A stretch of DNA of 64,000 bases from Eledone cirrhosa (taxonomy: Eukaryota). A program made the translations under genes and the position numbers. Numbering within the stretch: the stretch's first letter is position 1; every line of letters begins with the position of its first letter. The DNA lies in NCBI GenBank assembly GCA_964016885.1, contig CAXHJY010001078.1, forward strand, positions 1-64,000, in the 5' to 3' direction. This document shows, one piece after another, positions 38,777-53,106 of the stretch. The notes under the pieces are model-generated. The model was given only the letters and a program-made list of their open reading frames with translations, was not told the origin of the DNA and did not search any database.

Positions 38777-41700
38777 TCATGTGTTTATGTGTAGATGATG
38801 CCCACTAATGGTGCTGGACACTTGGGTATTTAGCAATACTTTAAATGCATATGAGGTGGTGTCAAAAGCACAGATTAATCTCGACAAGTTAGTGGGTGTG
38901 CAGTTTGGCATCTGGAGATGTAAGTCTGTGCCACAAGACAACATCTTAGAGTGCTGAACAGAGAGACTGGCTAAAATGCATGGAGTCTGGTTCAGTATAA
39001 ACTTTCAGTTGGATAATAATGAGCAAAGGGTTATGAGCTAGGAAACTACTCTTATACAGAAATGAGCTAAGAGGAAGTTGTCCCTGAAACTTTGGTCAAG
39101 CATAAGGCATTCCTACTTGTTTCCATTGGTCTTTGCCCCACATTTTGACTAACCAGTGTTTTTTCTTCTACTTCTTGTGAAAGGATCATATGTTCCACTT
39201 GTCAAAAAAACTACCTGCTGCTAAAACCATCTACACAGATGGTTCACCTAACACATACTAATATGTACTAAAACTACAGCATTTACAGAGATTTCTAGAT
39301 AGTGTGTAGGTGTGGTCTCTCTTTTTTGCATCAAGTACAGTTACATTTGAACCTATTACACTTTCACAAACAGAAGCTGGAAACAAGGTGGAGGGAATGT
39401 GATTTTATCTTTACTATTTGTGGAGGGAGATTTAGCTGCTATTTGTAACAGATCAAATTACCATGACTATCATAGGTAGGTGTGTTTATATTTCAGCCTT
39501 CACTTTCTAACTATGTATGTGTGTATCCAGTAAATATTTTCTTTATCTGAAATCTTTCTACTTTTCTTGACCCATAGTCCTCCTTTCTTTCCCTACTCCA
39601 TTTGACCTGGCTTTCAACTATCTTCTCTCCTGCCAATAATTCCACCATCCCCACTCCTCCCCTTCCTTACATATCTCTCTCCTCCCACCACTTCCTACTA
39701 TATACACTGTCCTTTCCACATTCCCCTCATTTTATTTCTCCTTGGAAAAAGATGTGTCCAAAATATTGGATCTTTCACTCCTCACAGCAGATTAACTTGT
39801 TTTATTTATTTTCTTCTTTAATTTATGAACCATTTTCTTAAAATATTTCTAAGCATCAAAGAAATAAGCTTTGAAAACTGAAAGACAAGAGAAACATCAA
39901 TGTAATTCCTAAATAACTGATGGCTGCCCTATTTTTCATGGCTTGTAAATTATGCTTTTGACATGTTATAAGGTTGTAAGCATTCTCATTATCCACAAAC
40001 CATCAAAGATGTTATCAGTAGCTTATTTCTTTTTAATCTTTATCTTCTTTTACAGGATTTTGTTTTTAACATTTTCTTCATAATTTTCCCTCTTTATTTA
40101 TAAATGATATCTTCTGCATCTTTTTGCTATACTATCTTTCATTTATAATATATGAGATGTTATCAAAAGTATCTCACATTGCAAATATTACCTATGGCAT
40201 TTCTGCACATGAAATGATATCTTTAAGTTATCATTACTTTTCTTTTCGTTGTTTTTACTTTGGTGCTGTTTTTTTTTTTACCTTTTTAGGAAAGAGAGGA
40301 GTATATTTTACTATTACTTTTCATTTAGTATCATATGTATGTTAACCAGAAAATTGTCTCAACAAAACCACGACATGTTATAAGAAACAAATCCCATCTT
40401 TAGCTTGAAGTTTAATAAATCTCCTATATAATTTAGATGTTTATACATAATGTTTAGCAATCTTGGAACAATAACCAATCTTTCTTAATATCAAATTATC
40501 TACCTTTATAAATTATCTATATTAAATAGTTACATGTGTGTGATGTATACTCCTGCTAAGTCTATATATGTATATTTGTTAATTAACTCTTCTGAATCCT
40601 ATTGTGCAGTAATAGCAAAGTGTTAGTAAACTGCATATATGCTATATGATTCCAAACTTTCAATTTAATTACATTGTTACTACTCTTGAGGAAACCAGGA
40701 ATTCCACATTCTTTTACTCCCCATCCTTCAGTAAATCTGAAATATCATGTCTACAAAGGAAATTGTATCTAATAATATATAGAGAGAGTTTTCCTTGAAT
40801 GTTTACTTAGTTGTTTTCAAATTTAAATATGTGCATATGAGCTGTGAGGACAGCGTTAACCATGAAATATAATAAATTCCCAAATATACACCATATATGT
40901 GAACATAGAAATACTTCATGTGTTGAGGTAGTTGCATATAGTGACCTTTAACTGCTCCTTTACATCTATTATTGCTGAAGAATGAAAAGTAAATTTGTAT
41001 AGACAGTTAAAGGAAAATAAATATTATTTTAAGTTCAATTTCGAGAGAATTTTGCAATATTAATCAATATTGAAAACTGTTACTATGGTAAAAATTACAA
41101 ATTTAATGTGTCATAGTGAAATTTTGCTTTCAATAACTTAACACTATCAAAAAAGATGTATAAAATAATAATAACAATCTAACTAACAATTAATTATATA
41201 CAGTATTAATATTATAAATTGAAATTAAAGTGAACCAAGAATAGACAAGAAAGAAGGAAAATTATGACAAAATTTTAAATACAGCAACCAAAATCTAAAT
41301 TTAACAGAATATGGTTTCTGCAAACTCATAGAGGGAGTTATGCAAATGTAAAATTACAAAAAAAATAATAAAAAATAATAAAAGAACAAATTAATAGAAA
41401 ATAATCAATTTTGTAAATTAATTAGAGATGATGGTAATAATAGAAATTCATTTCCTATAGATAAAGACATAATTAGTTTAACACAAAGGCTGAGGATATG
41501 AAGACAGCTGAGGAGGAAAGCAGTATAGCAGCTCCAACCCTTTTGATACCAACATTCCTGAAACCACCCTAGTATTATAATACACACGTGCTCGGTTTAA
41601 AATGTTATATTTTAAAACATTGTGTCATAATTTTACTCAAGAATTATTTGTTAAATAATGTTTCAAATATCAGTTGAATAACAGGCAGGTTTGTTAACTG

Positions 41701-42021
41701 AATAAAATATGAATTTTCAAAATTAATTGATAAACATAGACAGTGTATTTTATCAGAAATATAGCAACAAAAGGGTTAAAAAGTAAAGACTACAGTAAGC
41801 TGGCAAAACAAAACTCCTTATAGTTAATATGATGTAACACAAATTGGAAATTGTTCTCCTGATTCAGCCAACATCTGTCCTTATTACTAATCAATATTTT
41901 AATGAATGTACAGCCTTTTACCCTGTCTGTCAAACAAATGTCAAAAACGCCTACTTCATACAAGAAATTAGTATTTTGTCAACAGTATTGGTTCTCTCTC
42001 TCTCTCTATATATATATATAT

Positions 42022-42352
42022 TCATTTTCATTTTACATCCACTTTTCCCTGCTTGCAAGGGTGGGACGGGAACTGATTTTGGCTTGATTTCTACAGCTGG
42101 CTGCCCTTCCTAACACCAACCTCATTTACAGTGAGTGCTGGATGCTTTTTTGCCGTGGCGCCTACACGACCACTTTGCAGTGGAATGATATGGACCCCAG
42201 TCCTATCATCTCATTTCTACAGCTGAGTAAACTGGAGCAATGTGAAATAAAGTGTCTTGCTCAAGGAAACAACACATCACCCGGTCTGAGAATTGAACTC
42301 ACAACCTTTCGATTGCAAGGCTAATGCTCTAACCACTAAGCCATGTGCCTCC
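42022..42352 (-). mobile_element. tRNA/CORE-like SINE with RTE tail
   Basis: Head ggaggcacatggcttagtggttagagc; tail cccgtcccacccttgcaagcagggaaaagtggatgtaaaatga matches 56328-56370. Confidence 0.88.
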
Positions 42353-42399
42353 ATATATATATATATATATATTTGTGTTCGTTTATATATATAGAGAGA

Positions 42400-42818
42400 G
42401 AGAGCATAGGCCTTGCAATCGAAGTGTTGTGAGTTCAATTCTCAGACCAGGTGATGTGTTGTTTCCTTGAGCAAGACACTTTATTTCACATTGCTCCAGT
42501 TTACTCAGCTGTAGAAATGAGATGATAGGACTGAGTTCCCTATCATTCCACTGCAAAGTGGTCGTGGAGGTGCCACAGCAAAAAAGCACTCAGCCCACAC
42601 TGTAAAGTGGATGTGTAAACGCCACGGAAAAAAAACACCCAGCACTCACTGTAAATGAGGTTGTTGTTAGGAAGGGCATCTAGCTGTAGAAATCAAGCCA
42701 GAATCCGTTCCCGTATGAACAAGACATGGTCAGCCGACTGGTTACTGCCCACAACAGGACAACCCATCTAACCCATGCTAGTGTGGAAGAACGGACGTAA
42801 AACGGTGATGATGATGAT
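42400..42818 (+). mobile_element. tRNA/CORE-like SINE with a different RTE tail
   Basis: Same head and body as 42022-42352; the last ~270 bp match 46983-47245. Confidence 0.88.
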
Positions 42819-44222
42819 ATATGTGTTTTCGTTTATATATATATATTTGTGTTCGTTTATATATATATATTTATATATATAAAATGATGATGAGGAAAAT
42901 GATGATGATATATATACAAACATAGATTTGTTAATGATTGAGATGTGTGAAGAAACTAAATATTATTTATTTCATTAGTACCACAATTGTTTATGTACTA
43001 GTAGTAACGATAACAGATCTAAACCATGTTAGTATTATGAGAGATAAGGTCAAATTCATTCACCTCAACATATCATTGGCACTAATTTAATCAAACTGTT
43101 GATCAACATTGATCAGAGATTGAAGTGACCTCAGAATAGTGTGATGGTGTAAAGCCTCTTGTCCAGCTACACCCAGCTCCAAATAAAATAGTAATTATGT
43201 TAAAAGAAATTTTTAAATTTCATAACATTTAATTTTAGTAATGTACTTATTGAAAAAAAAAAAATATTTTAAAAACTTATTTTATATAGTATTTTTAATT
43301 ATTTTTGTAAATTTTTTTCTCTAAGTTTTTAAATATCATAGCAACTATTATATTAAAAGCTTTACCAGCCTGAAGCATCACAAGAAGAATTTAAAAAGAG
43401 AAAAATATTAAATATAGTTAGTTAAAACTCTTACCCTATCATCTAAATAACATGGTGTAAAGGTAACCTCTCTAATAATATAATTTCCTTATTTTTGCCC
43501 ATTAAAATATCTAATTTTTTCTTTCTTTTGGTTATATGTTAGTTATTTTGGTTATTTTTTTTTTTTTATAATTTCTTGTATAAGTGGATGTTTGAGAAGC
43601 ATCATTATACGATGATATATTGTTTAATACATGTATGTAGGCATGTATTCACTATCACATCCGTTCATATTTTTTCACACATACAGCAACACATATCAAT
43701 ACATATATACATGCATAGATTTATGAAAAATATGGTGAAACATTAGGAAAATTTAAACATTTAACTGTACATATTCACACTCATATATGCACACACACAT
43801 ACATTTACACAGATAAACACACTCAAATATATATGCAACATTCAACCATACTTGTATGTAATTAAGCACTATATGCCATTGGATAAACATCCTCCTTCTT
43901 GTATGTATATAGAGTTGTAAATCAAAGAGATATAGGAATAATAAAAAAAGCCACTTGATATAAAATTATGTTCACATTTCTAAATACATTTTCAATCAAA
44001 AATGGACACACACTAAACAAACTTCCAAAAGTAAATATTTATCTAAACATATCTAGAAACACACATACCTTTGTATTTAAAGTAGCATACATGTATCTAC
44101 ACAAACACATACAAATACGCTGTAGCATAAAACCAATATATATGTGTGTGTCTATGTATGTATTTATTTCTGTATGTATGTATATGTATGTATATGTATG
44201 TATATGTATGTATATGTATGTA

Positions 44223-45430
44223 TTGGGGTGAACAGAAAGTTATTGACTTTGGCATTTTTTAACATTAGGAAAATTTTACAAGTGAAAATAATCATAATTT
44301 GCAATTACCATCTGCCATCATTTAGAAAGGTACATGATTTCATCCCTGTATTCTGGCTTTGATGCAAAGAATTCCATGAGCCACTGATTTAACTGGTCTT
44401 TATTAGTGAAGGTCTTTGACTGCATTGCATTGCTCATTGAGAGAAAAAGATAAAGGTCCATAGGCGCAAGGTCAGGCAAATATAGAAGGTGGGGCAGAAG
44501 CTCCCAGCATGGCTCCAGTAGCTTCTCAGAGGTCATCCTTGATTTATGGGGCTGAGCATTATCATGAAAGAATCAAACAGGAACATGTTGTGGACACACA
44601 TGTGCAATTTTACATGCTAATCTGTTAAGCTGTTGACAATAGACATCAGAGGTTATGCTTGTGTTTGTTGAGAGCAGCTTCTTGTGGATGACATCTAGTC
44701 CCAGTAGACACCCAGTAGAGCCTTGCAAAGGTGGAGACCAGTGTTTTCTTGCCATTGTGGTGCACCTCTTTATTAGTCCATGATCGCTTGTATTTGAAAT
44801 TAATGTAGAAACACCATTTTTCATCACCAGTGACAATGAAATGTAACTAAGTGGTTGTCCGATGGCAGGAGAACAGAAAAGTTCTTGCTGCCACCTAACT
44901 TTCAGGATTACAGTTAGACAGATTGTAGGAGATGCATTGGTCTAGATTTGACACCATTCCTCTTACATGCAAGGGATTGAGAATAGTTGTTTCCAATGCC
45001 CCGGTCATTTTTGAGAGTTGACGTGATGTCTTACACTGGTTCGCTTTCACCATCTTCCACAGTTGCTCATCATTGAAGGTGGATGGATGTCTTGGATGAG
45101 GTCAATCTTTAATGCTGTAATCACCAGGATGGAAGCATGTGAATCAGTCTCTGACATAACATGTGATGCAAATGTATTGTAAATGCAACAACTTGAAGCT
45201 GGTGTGCTTAGGCAAGATTTGAAGCCATAAAGTAAACAACCACAAATAAACAATTTGGATAATTTCATCTTGCTTCTTCTTTCATGGCACAACAGAGAAT
45301 GAGAAATGCACGTAATACATACCAATGTCACTTCTTAAATATGTGTGCCTGCACAACCTTTAACATATCCAGAAAACTCTACCAAAATACCTCCTTTTGA
45401 AAAGCAGTGGGCACTTTCTGTTCAACTCAA
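44223..45430 (-). mobile_element. Mariner (DD34D-like) transposon, full-length but decayed
   Basis: TIRs ta|ttggggtgaacagaaagt and actttctgttcaactcaa|ta; relic motifs VTGDEKW, HDNAQPH, WELLPH..YLPDLAPMDLYLF. Confidence 0.92.
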
Positions 45431-45562
45431 TATGTATGTATGTATTTGTGTGTATATATGTATATATATATATGTATGTATATATATATATATATGTTTA
45501 TATATATAAACGATGATGTTTATATATATATAAACAATGATGATGATGTTTATATATATATG

Positions 45563-45593
<31 letters not shown>

Positions 45594-45787
45594 TGTATAT
45601 ATCATCATCATCATCACCGTTTTACATCCATTTTTCTACACTACTATGGGTTAATGTATGTATATATATATATATATATATACAAATATATATATATATG
45701 TGTATATAAGTATATATATATTTGTATATAAGTATATATATATATGTATATAAGTATATATATATGTATATATTATGTATATATGTA

Positions 45788-45825
<38 letters not shown>

Positions 45826-45884
45826 GTATATGTGTGTATATATATATATATTATATATGTATATGTGTGTATATATATATATAT

Positions 45885-45919
<35 letters not shown>

Positions 45920-45923
<4 letters not shown>

Positions 45924-46920
45924 GGAGCGACTGGGAATAAATTTAAACACCGTTACTCAATGAAACATTCCCAGCATCGTTATGTAACTACCCTTGCAAA
46001 CAAGACCTGGCAACTGAGGGAAAGTAACCATCAATACACCCTGAAGTGGAAAAAATTATCGAACGCGCCCCCATATCGGAGTGGTATGAGAAGCCGGCGG
46101 TTATGTGACCTTGAGCTGTTCCACATTTTGAGTTCGAAGAATAAGTTACTCTACAACAAAAGCGAAAGATCATGTAACCATAGACTCAAAGAAAAGTTTT
46201 CGCACTACAAGGTACAAATTGAACCCTTAACCTCTTACTACCACCTGGCAAACTGCATATACTTAGACTTGAATCTAACCCCTTTAATTACCACAAAAAC
46301 CAATACCTATTTCCCTCCCTCCTCCTTCATTCCTTTCCTATTTCTTTTCGTTTTCTTCCTTTCTTCTCTCCCTTTTTTCTATCTTTTCTTTTCTTCTTTC
46401 TGTTCACCCTTCTTTAATTTTTTTTTATATATATATTTATCTCTCTATCTCCCCCCCCCCTCTCTATACCCCCCCTCTCTCTATATATATATAAACAATT
46501 CAATTCTCTTTAACTCCCTACACTGTAAATCAAGGACATGAAGTCTATGAATCAAAACTGATCAAGGAATCCTTCCATCTCTGCCCCTCCCTCCATCTCA
46601 GTTTGTCACTCTACTTCCTAAGTCTTCTATCCCTTCCTCTCTCTATATACTACTCCATTTGTCAATCCACTTTCTAATTCCGCTTCCTCTCTCTCTATAC
46701 TAATAAATACAATTTATTAAAAAAAAATGTTTTTATATATATTAAGAAGTTTTTAAGAGTAACTTATTCACTAGTTTGAAAATTTGGACATGTACAACAA
46801 TTATTATTGAGTGGCTGCTATTTGCAGTATAGCAATATAAAGTTGCACTTACCAATGAAACGGTCGTAAATACCTGGATAAAATCCTTTTTTTAATGCTT
46901 ACCAGTGTTTTCTCTTTTAT
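45920..46920 (+). mobile_element. Penelope-like element 3' fragment (GIY-YIG C-terminus plus UTR) in (TA)n
   Basis: [12 protein letters not shown]...TTLANKTWQLRE...YTLKWK.L..APPY...LCDLE...NK..RSCNHR. Confidence 0.82.
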
Positions 46921-46982
46921 CCTATATATATATATATATGTAGGTATATATATATATATATATGTATGTGTATATATATATA

Positions 46983-47987
46983 TCATCATCACCGTTTTAC
47001 GTCCGTTCTTCAACGCTAGCATGGGTTAGACGGGTTGTCCTGTTGTGGGCAGTGTCTGGTCGGCTGACCATGCCTTGCTCATGCAGGAACTGATCTGGCT
47101 TGATTTCTACAGCTGGATGCCCTTCCTAACACCAACCTCATTTACAGTGAGTGCTGGGTGCTTTTTCGTGGTGCCTACACGTCCACTTTACAGTGTGGGC
47201 TGGGTGCTTTTTTGCCGTGGCACCTCCACGACCACCTTGCGGTGGGGGGAGTGGGGGCATATTGTTTATATGCTTCAGCATGTACCCATGGGAGGTCGGG
47301 TACCCTGTATTACTGCGTGACGCCAGAAGTCACGGTCGTGTGTCATTGACTTTGAGAGGTGTAGTTGGGTAAGGTCGGCTTTTATCACCTCATCCCAAGT
47401 CATCTTGGGTCTCCCCACTCCGCGGTTTCCATCAACTTCTAGTGCTCTGCACCTTTTTATGCAGCTGTCATCCTTCATACGCATCACATGTCCATACCAG
47501 CGTAACCGCCTCTCCTGCACGCAGCATTTGATTCCTCTTATGCTCAGTCTCTCTCTCAATTCCTTTATGCTTTGTCGTTCACGTATATTACTGTTACACA
47601 TCCATCGGAGCATGCAGGCTTCGTTTCTCTCTAATCTACGTAAGTCTTCCACCTTCAGCGCCCAAGTCTCACTACCATGCAACATCGCTGTTCGGATACA
47701 TGCATCATACAGTCTGCCTTTCATTCTGAGGGAGAAGCCTTTTGCAGCTAGCAGTGGTAGTAGTTCCCTAAACTTCTTCCATCCCGTTCTTACCCTAGTT
47801 ATTGTACTTTCTGAGCACCCACCTCCATTGCTAATTCGGTCACCTAGGTAGCAGAAGCTGTCTACTGTTTCTACAGGGCCCTCCCAGAGATTGGTGGTAC
47901 TTGTTTCCTGTGGCTGTTTGCTTGCTGTTTCAGCACAGCTGCTGCATGTGAATCCTACATTCTTAATTAAGCTTCCTGAGATCCCGC
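46983..47987 (-). mobile_element. 5'-truncated RTE LINE (second subfamily) with extended 3' module
   Basis: [21 protein letters not shown]...[12 protein letters not shown]...GRPKMTW; stop at 47275, then a SINE-shared module and (gat)n. Confidence 0.93.
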
Positions 47988-48091
47988 TACATACATATAT
48001 ATATATAGGTATATATATATATATGTATGTGTATATATATATATAGGTATATATATGTATGTGTATATATATATATAGGTATATATATATG

Positions 48092-48123
<32 letters not shown>

Positions 48124-48129
48124 GGTATA

Positions 48130-49135
48130 TATGGAGAAGAAGTTTATGAAACGGAAATGCGGGTATAAAGAATTTATTAGGTAACAATTGTTTCTATAGT
48201 GTATGGGTTACTTATACCTCGCTATTTGAATAATATAAAAATATTATCATAAACCGAAGGTACACTGTAAGAAAACACACCATGTCTTCAGACCTTTGTA
48301 GTAGAATGATATGAAAATATTTTATACACTAGATAAAAGAGAAAGAAGGAGGTAGGAAGGGAAGAGGAAGAGGGAAGCGAGTCAGGGGGAGGGAGTCCTA
48401 GGATTTAAGACTATCAGAGTAGTAGAGATTGTAAGGAGAGAATACTTTGGCAGCAGTTAGCTTAATGAGGTGTGTTAGGGTTGGCGGGGGAAGTAAATTC
48501 TTCTAGTGGTGTTGTTTGGACAAAATTTAGTTAAAGGGGTCAAAGTGGTACAGAGTTACCGACAAGTTATTGGGGCTATTATAGTAGCAGGTTATTTCTA
48601 AAGGGGTCCAAAAACAGTGTTTAGTACTATTATTATAGAAAGCCATATCGTGTGTATAAACATATAAAACAGAAATTTGCAAACGGTGGTGTAAAAAGGT
48701 AACATTACATGCATTTAAAGAAAGAAAAAGTCGTTTTCAAACGATGGTTACAGTAAAGTGAAAGTTCAATTTTGCTGTTCAAAAGTTTGTTTTACGACGT
48801 TAAAATGCAGTATATCTCCATATTGCATAATTTACAGAATCGCTGATTTTGCTGATATGCAGGCGCAGATGCAATAATTTGCCAATCAAGGGAGAATGCT
48901 TGATTGTTCCTCCGAAGCTGCCAGGCTTTATCGGCGAGGGTTGTTACGGAGCGCATTTTCTCAAGCCTGATCGAAGATCGATGTTGGTATAGGCGAGCTT
49001 TGAAAGATGTTGCGGTACATCCGACGTAATACGATTTGTTGGTTCCGGAATTTATTGTACATCAGTAGACAATATTGCGTGCTAGGCACTGGTTATTCAG
49101 TGGGCACGTACCTGGTTTGGTGCAGTTACAGTTAT

Positions 49136-49136
<1 letters not shown>
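48130..49136 (-). mobile_element. Penelope-like (Naiad-like) element 3' fragment in (TA)n
   Basis: [25 protein letters not shown]...YYVGCTATSFKARLYQH...TTLADKAWQL...W.II..A.AY...CKLCNME...LLN...CNHR (about 48706-49136); two in-frame stops. Confidence 0.87.
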
Positions 49137-49181
<45 letters not shown>

Positions 49182-49203
49182 ATATATAGGTATATATATA
49201 TAT

Positions 49204-49242
<39 letters not shown>

Positions 49243-49346
49243 GGTACATATATATATATAGGTATATATATATATATATATATATAGGTATGTATATATA
49301 TGTATATATATGTATAGGTATATGTATATATGTATATATATGTATA

Positions 49347-49393
<47 letters not shown>

Positions 49394-49400
49394 GTATATG

Positions 49401-49468
<68 letters not shown>

Positions 49469-49674
49469 AATATATATATATATATGTATATATATATGTA
49501 TATATATGTATATATATATATGTATATATATGTATATATATGTATATATATATATGTATATATATGTATGTATATATATGTATATATATATATATATGTA
49601 TGTATATATATGTATATATATATGTATGTATATATATGTATATATATATATATATATATGTATGTATATATATG

Positions 49675-49747
<73 letters not shown>

Positions 49748-49754
49748 ATATATG

Positions 49755-49808
<54 letters not shown>

Positions 49809-49809
49809 A

Positions 49810-49842
<33 letters not shown>

Positions 49843-49848
49843 TGTATG

Positions 49849-49879
<31 letters not shown>

Positions 49880-50090
49880 ATATATGTATATATATGTATA
49901 TATATGTATATATATGTATATATATATATATGTATGTATATATATGTATATATATATATATATATATGTATGTATATATATGTATATATATATATGTATG
50001 TATATATATGTATATATATATATGTATATATATATATATGTATATATATATATGTATATATATATATGTATATATATATGTATATATATG
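49137..50090. repeat. (TA)n/(TATG)n array of about 950 bp
   Basis: Direct reading. Confidence 0.98.
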
Positions 50091-50136
50091 CAGTGGTGTA
50101 GTTAGGGTATACGGCGCCCAGGGCAAGCATAAAAAT
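50091..50136 (+). mobile_element. Possible hAT-type MITE terminus
   Basis: cagtggtgtagttagggtatacggcgcccagggcaa resembles CAGTGGCGTAGCTAGG-type ends; no partner end found. Confidence 0.35.
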
Positions 50137-50963
50137 TGCACACAATGCCCAGGTCTCACTGCCATGTAACATTGCTGTTCGTATGCAGGCATCAAACAGC
50201 CTGCCTTTCATTTTTAGAGAGAACCCTTTAGCGGCAAATAGTGGTATAAGCTCTCTGAACTTTTTCCATCCAGTTCTGACTCTAGCTACTGTACTTTCGG
50301 AGCACCCTCCACCACTGCTGATTTTGTCACCCAAGTAACGGAAGGTGTCCACTATTTCTATAGAACCATCTGTGCAATGGAATGAGCTAGTATTCTGTGG
50401 GCACTTGCTGCTACTTATTGCACCTGAGCACCGGCCACATATAAAATCTATGTTCTTAGTTAGCTTACCTGTGATCCCACTACATCTTTTATGCACCCAT
50501 ACTTTGCATTTGGGACATATGAAAGGCAGGCTGTATGATGCCTGCATACGAACAACAATGTTACATGGCAATGAGACCTGGGTATTTTGTGCAGAGAATA
50601 TACGCAGACTGGAGAGAAACGAAGCTTGCATGCTCCGCTGGATGTGTAATAGTAATATACGTGAATGGCAAAGCATAAACGAACTAAGGGAGAAATTAGG
50701 AATAAGAGGGATCAGATGTTGTTTACTCGAGAGAAGACTACGTTGGTACGGTCACGTGATGCGCATGAAAGACGACAGCTGTATAAAAAAGTGCAGGGCA
50801 ATAAAAATAGACGGTAGCCACGGAGTAGGCAGACTCAGAAAAACCTGAGACGACTTGATAAATTCCGACCTCACACACTTACACCTCTCCAAGACAATGT
50901 CACTGGACCGAGATCTTTGGCGCTACACAGTCATACAGAAGACCCACCTTGCCTAAGTGCAAA
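50137..50963 (+). mobile_element. RTE LINE fragment with 5' inversion
   Basis: Minus 50137-50518 ([20 protein letters not shown]) is joined head-to-head to plus 50519-50956 (MKGRLYDAC...IQKTHLA*); same subfamily as the 28.6-29.5 kb copy. Confidence 0.92.
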
Positions 50964-50975
50964 TATATATATATT

Positions 50976-51008
<33 letters not shown>

Positions 51009-51172
51009 ATTTATATATATATATATTTAAATTTATATATATATAAGCGATTCTTTGCTTAAATTTTAATCTGTTATTTTAATAAATATTTGCTCTACGG
51101 TTCTTATATATTTGATATATATTTATCCTTATCGAGCCCTCTTTGGATTTTAGACTTCAAATTTATTATTAT

Positions 51173-51234
<62 letters not shown>

Positions 51235-52260
51235 AGATAGATAATCATTTATTTTAGATTACTCTGTGAAACTAAATTATGAAATCTAATTATTAAATGT
51301 ATTATTTTTGAGGTTTCGTATTTTAAGTTCAAACGTAATCGTTTCTGTGAACAATTGAAATGAAGCTTGAAGGTATATGTATATAGTCGTTTGTATTCAT
51401 GAAATATATGTGTGAAATTTATATGCATTGTTCATCATGTGAATAGATGCACTTGTGCATTATTGTATGTATATACAACATGCATACATGTAATTTCATA
51501 TTTAAAGATATACACCAACATGTTGTATGTTTGTATGTAAAACTATAAAGATGTATGTGTCTCTCTAATTGTAAATCAGTATGCATTTGTCTCTCATTAT
51601 AGATGTACAACTGACTACATATGTTCTGTGTAGATTTGGATCAGTAAATACCTGCAACAGTATATGTATCATCATTATCATCATTGTTTACCATCCATTT
51701 TCCACCCTTGCATAGGTTAGATAGGTTATGTTATGTGACAAGTCTGGTCCAGTGACCTCATCTTACTAATATGGATTTGTATTTTGGCTTATTTTCCATG
51801 GCTGGATTCTCTTCCTAACTACAACCACATTTCAGGGCGATTTATATTGTGGTAATGAAATGACCAATTACAGGGTGAACTGTATATTTTTTGTTGTGTC
51901 ACTGTCATTAATACTTTACAGTCTGGACTGGATGCTTTTTCTGGTGTCACCATCACAATCAGCTTATGGGATGGCCTGGGTGCTTGTGGAGTTATGGCAC
52001 CAGATCAGCATACAGGATGGAATTGTAATATTGTGGGAAGTCAGATGTCAAGTGCGTTTAGCTTTCATGGGCTGGGCACATGAGGTGTATCAAGGCTGGG
52101 GGTGAGAGGGGCAGGTAAGTTCAACATCAAATAGATGTTGGATATTTAGGTGAGAGTGGGTTATTAAGGTGGGGGGAAGATCGATGCAGGCTAGTGTGTC
52201 CCCTGTATGTTGATTTTATTTCATTTGTGGACATGGGGAGGTCTTCCGCATTTCAGCATG

Positions 52261-52293
<33 letters not shown>

Positions 52294-53106
52294 GGATATG
52301 GGTAACTCCATGTCAAAGTAGGCAACATTTATCTGATCCCCATCCCAACAAACACGATGAAATTTGGCTAAGTATTAGGGAATTTTAATATGACAAACAT
52401 CTAAATGATTAGCTGTATTTGAGATACTGGTTCTTGAAATTTGGGTTAGAAAACCCAACTTGACACACCACACACCAAGCAGTTATTTTGAATTTTCTCG
52501 CATTTATAAATTTCACTTCTACTTGACCAGTTACTATGAAAATTGAGATCTGACCTAACTTCCAAATGTGAAATATAAAAAACACTGCTAAACATGTGCT
52601 AGGTGCAACATGTATTTTGTCATGGATACATATATAGGCATTCAAATTTCAATTTTACCAAGCCTTGTCACCTAAATTGAGCTTTTCTCACAAAGTGCTC
52701 AAATTGCATTGTACACCGTTTTGCATAAGATGGAGGATACTTTGTGCTAATTTTGTACAAAAAGATTAGCTTCAGCTCTCACTTCCTTCAAAAGTTATGG
52801 TACATAAAGCTTTTTGTATTTTATTCATATGTGAAGTTATTAGATCTAGAAAGTGCTAATCCTGAGATGATATTGGAATAACTCGGATTCCATTATGGTG
52901 AATATATCTTTACACATCAATATATCAAAACAGATATATATATATTATTTTTCCAGTAGTAATGCACTGGGTAATTGCTGGCCTTGTGCCTAAAGTAGAA
53001 ACAATTATTTTTCTATTTTGAGGTTATAGTCACAATAATTTCTATACTTTCATTTATATATATATATATATATATATTTTTATTTTTTTAATTTTTTTTT
53101 TTTTAA

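Noticed and set aside
49062-49064. In-frame TGA in the Naiad-like endonuclease as possible selenocysteine
   Set aside because: It is not at a conserved Cys position (IVY*C, plausibly CGA>TGA), a TAA also interrupts the frame, and I saw no SECIS.
52298-52885. Possible DNA transposon with gggtaactccatgtca / ttggaataactc ends
   Set aside because: TIR match is weak and there is no clear TSD, so not supportable by eye.
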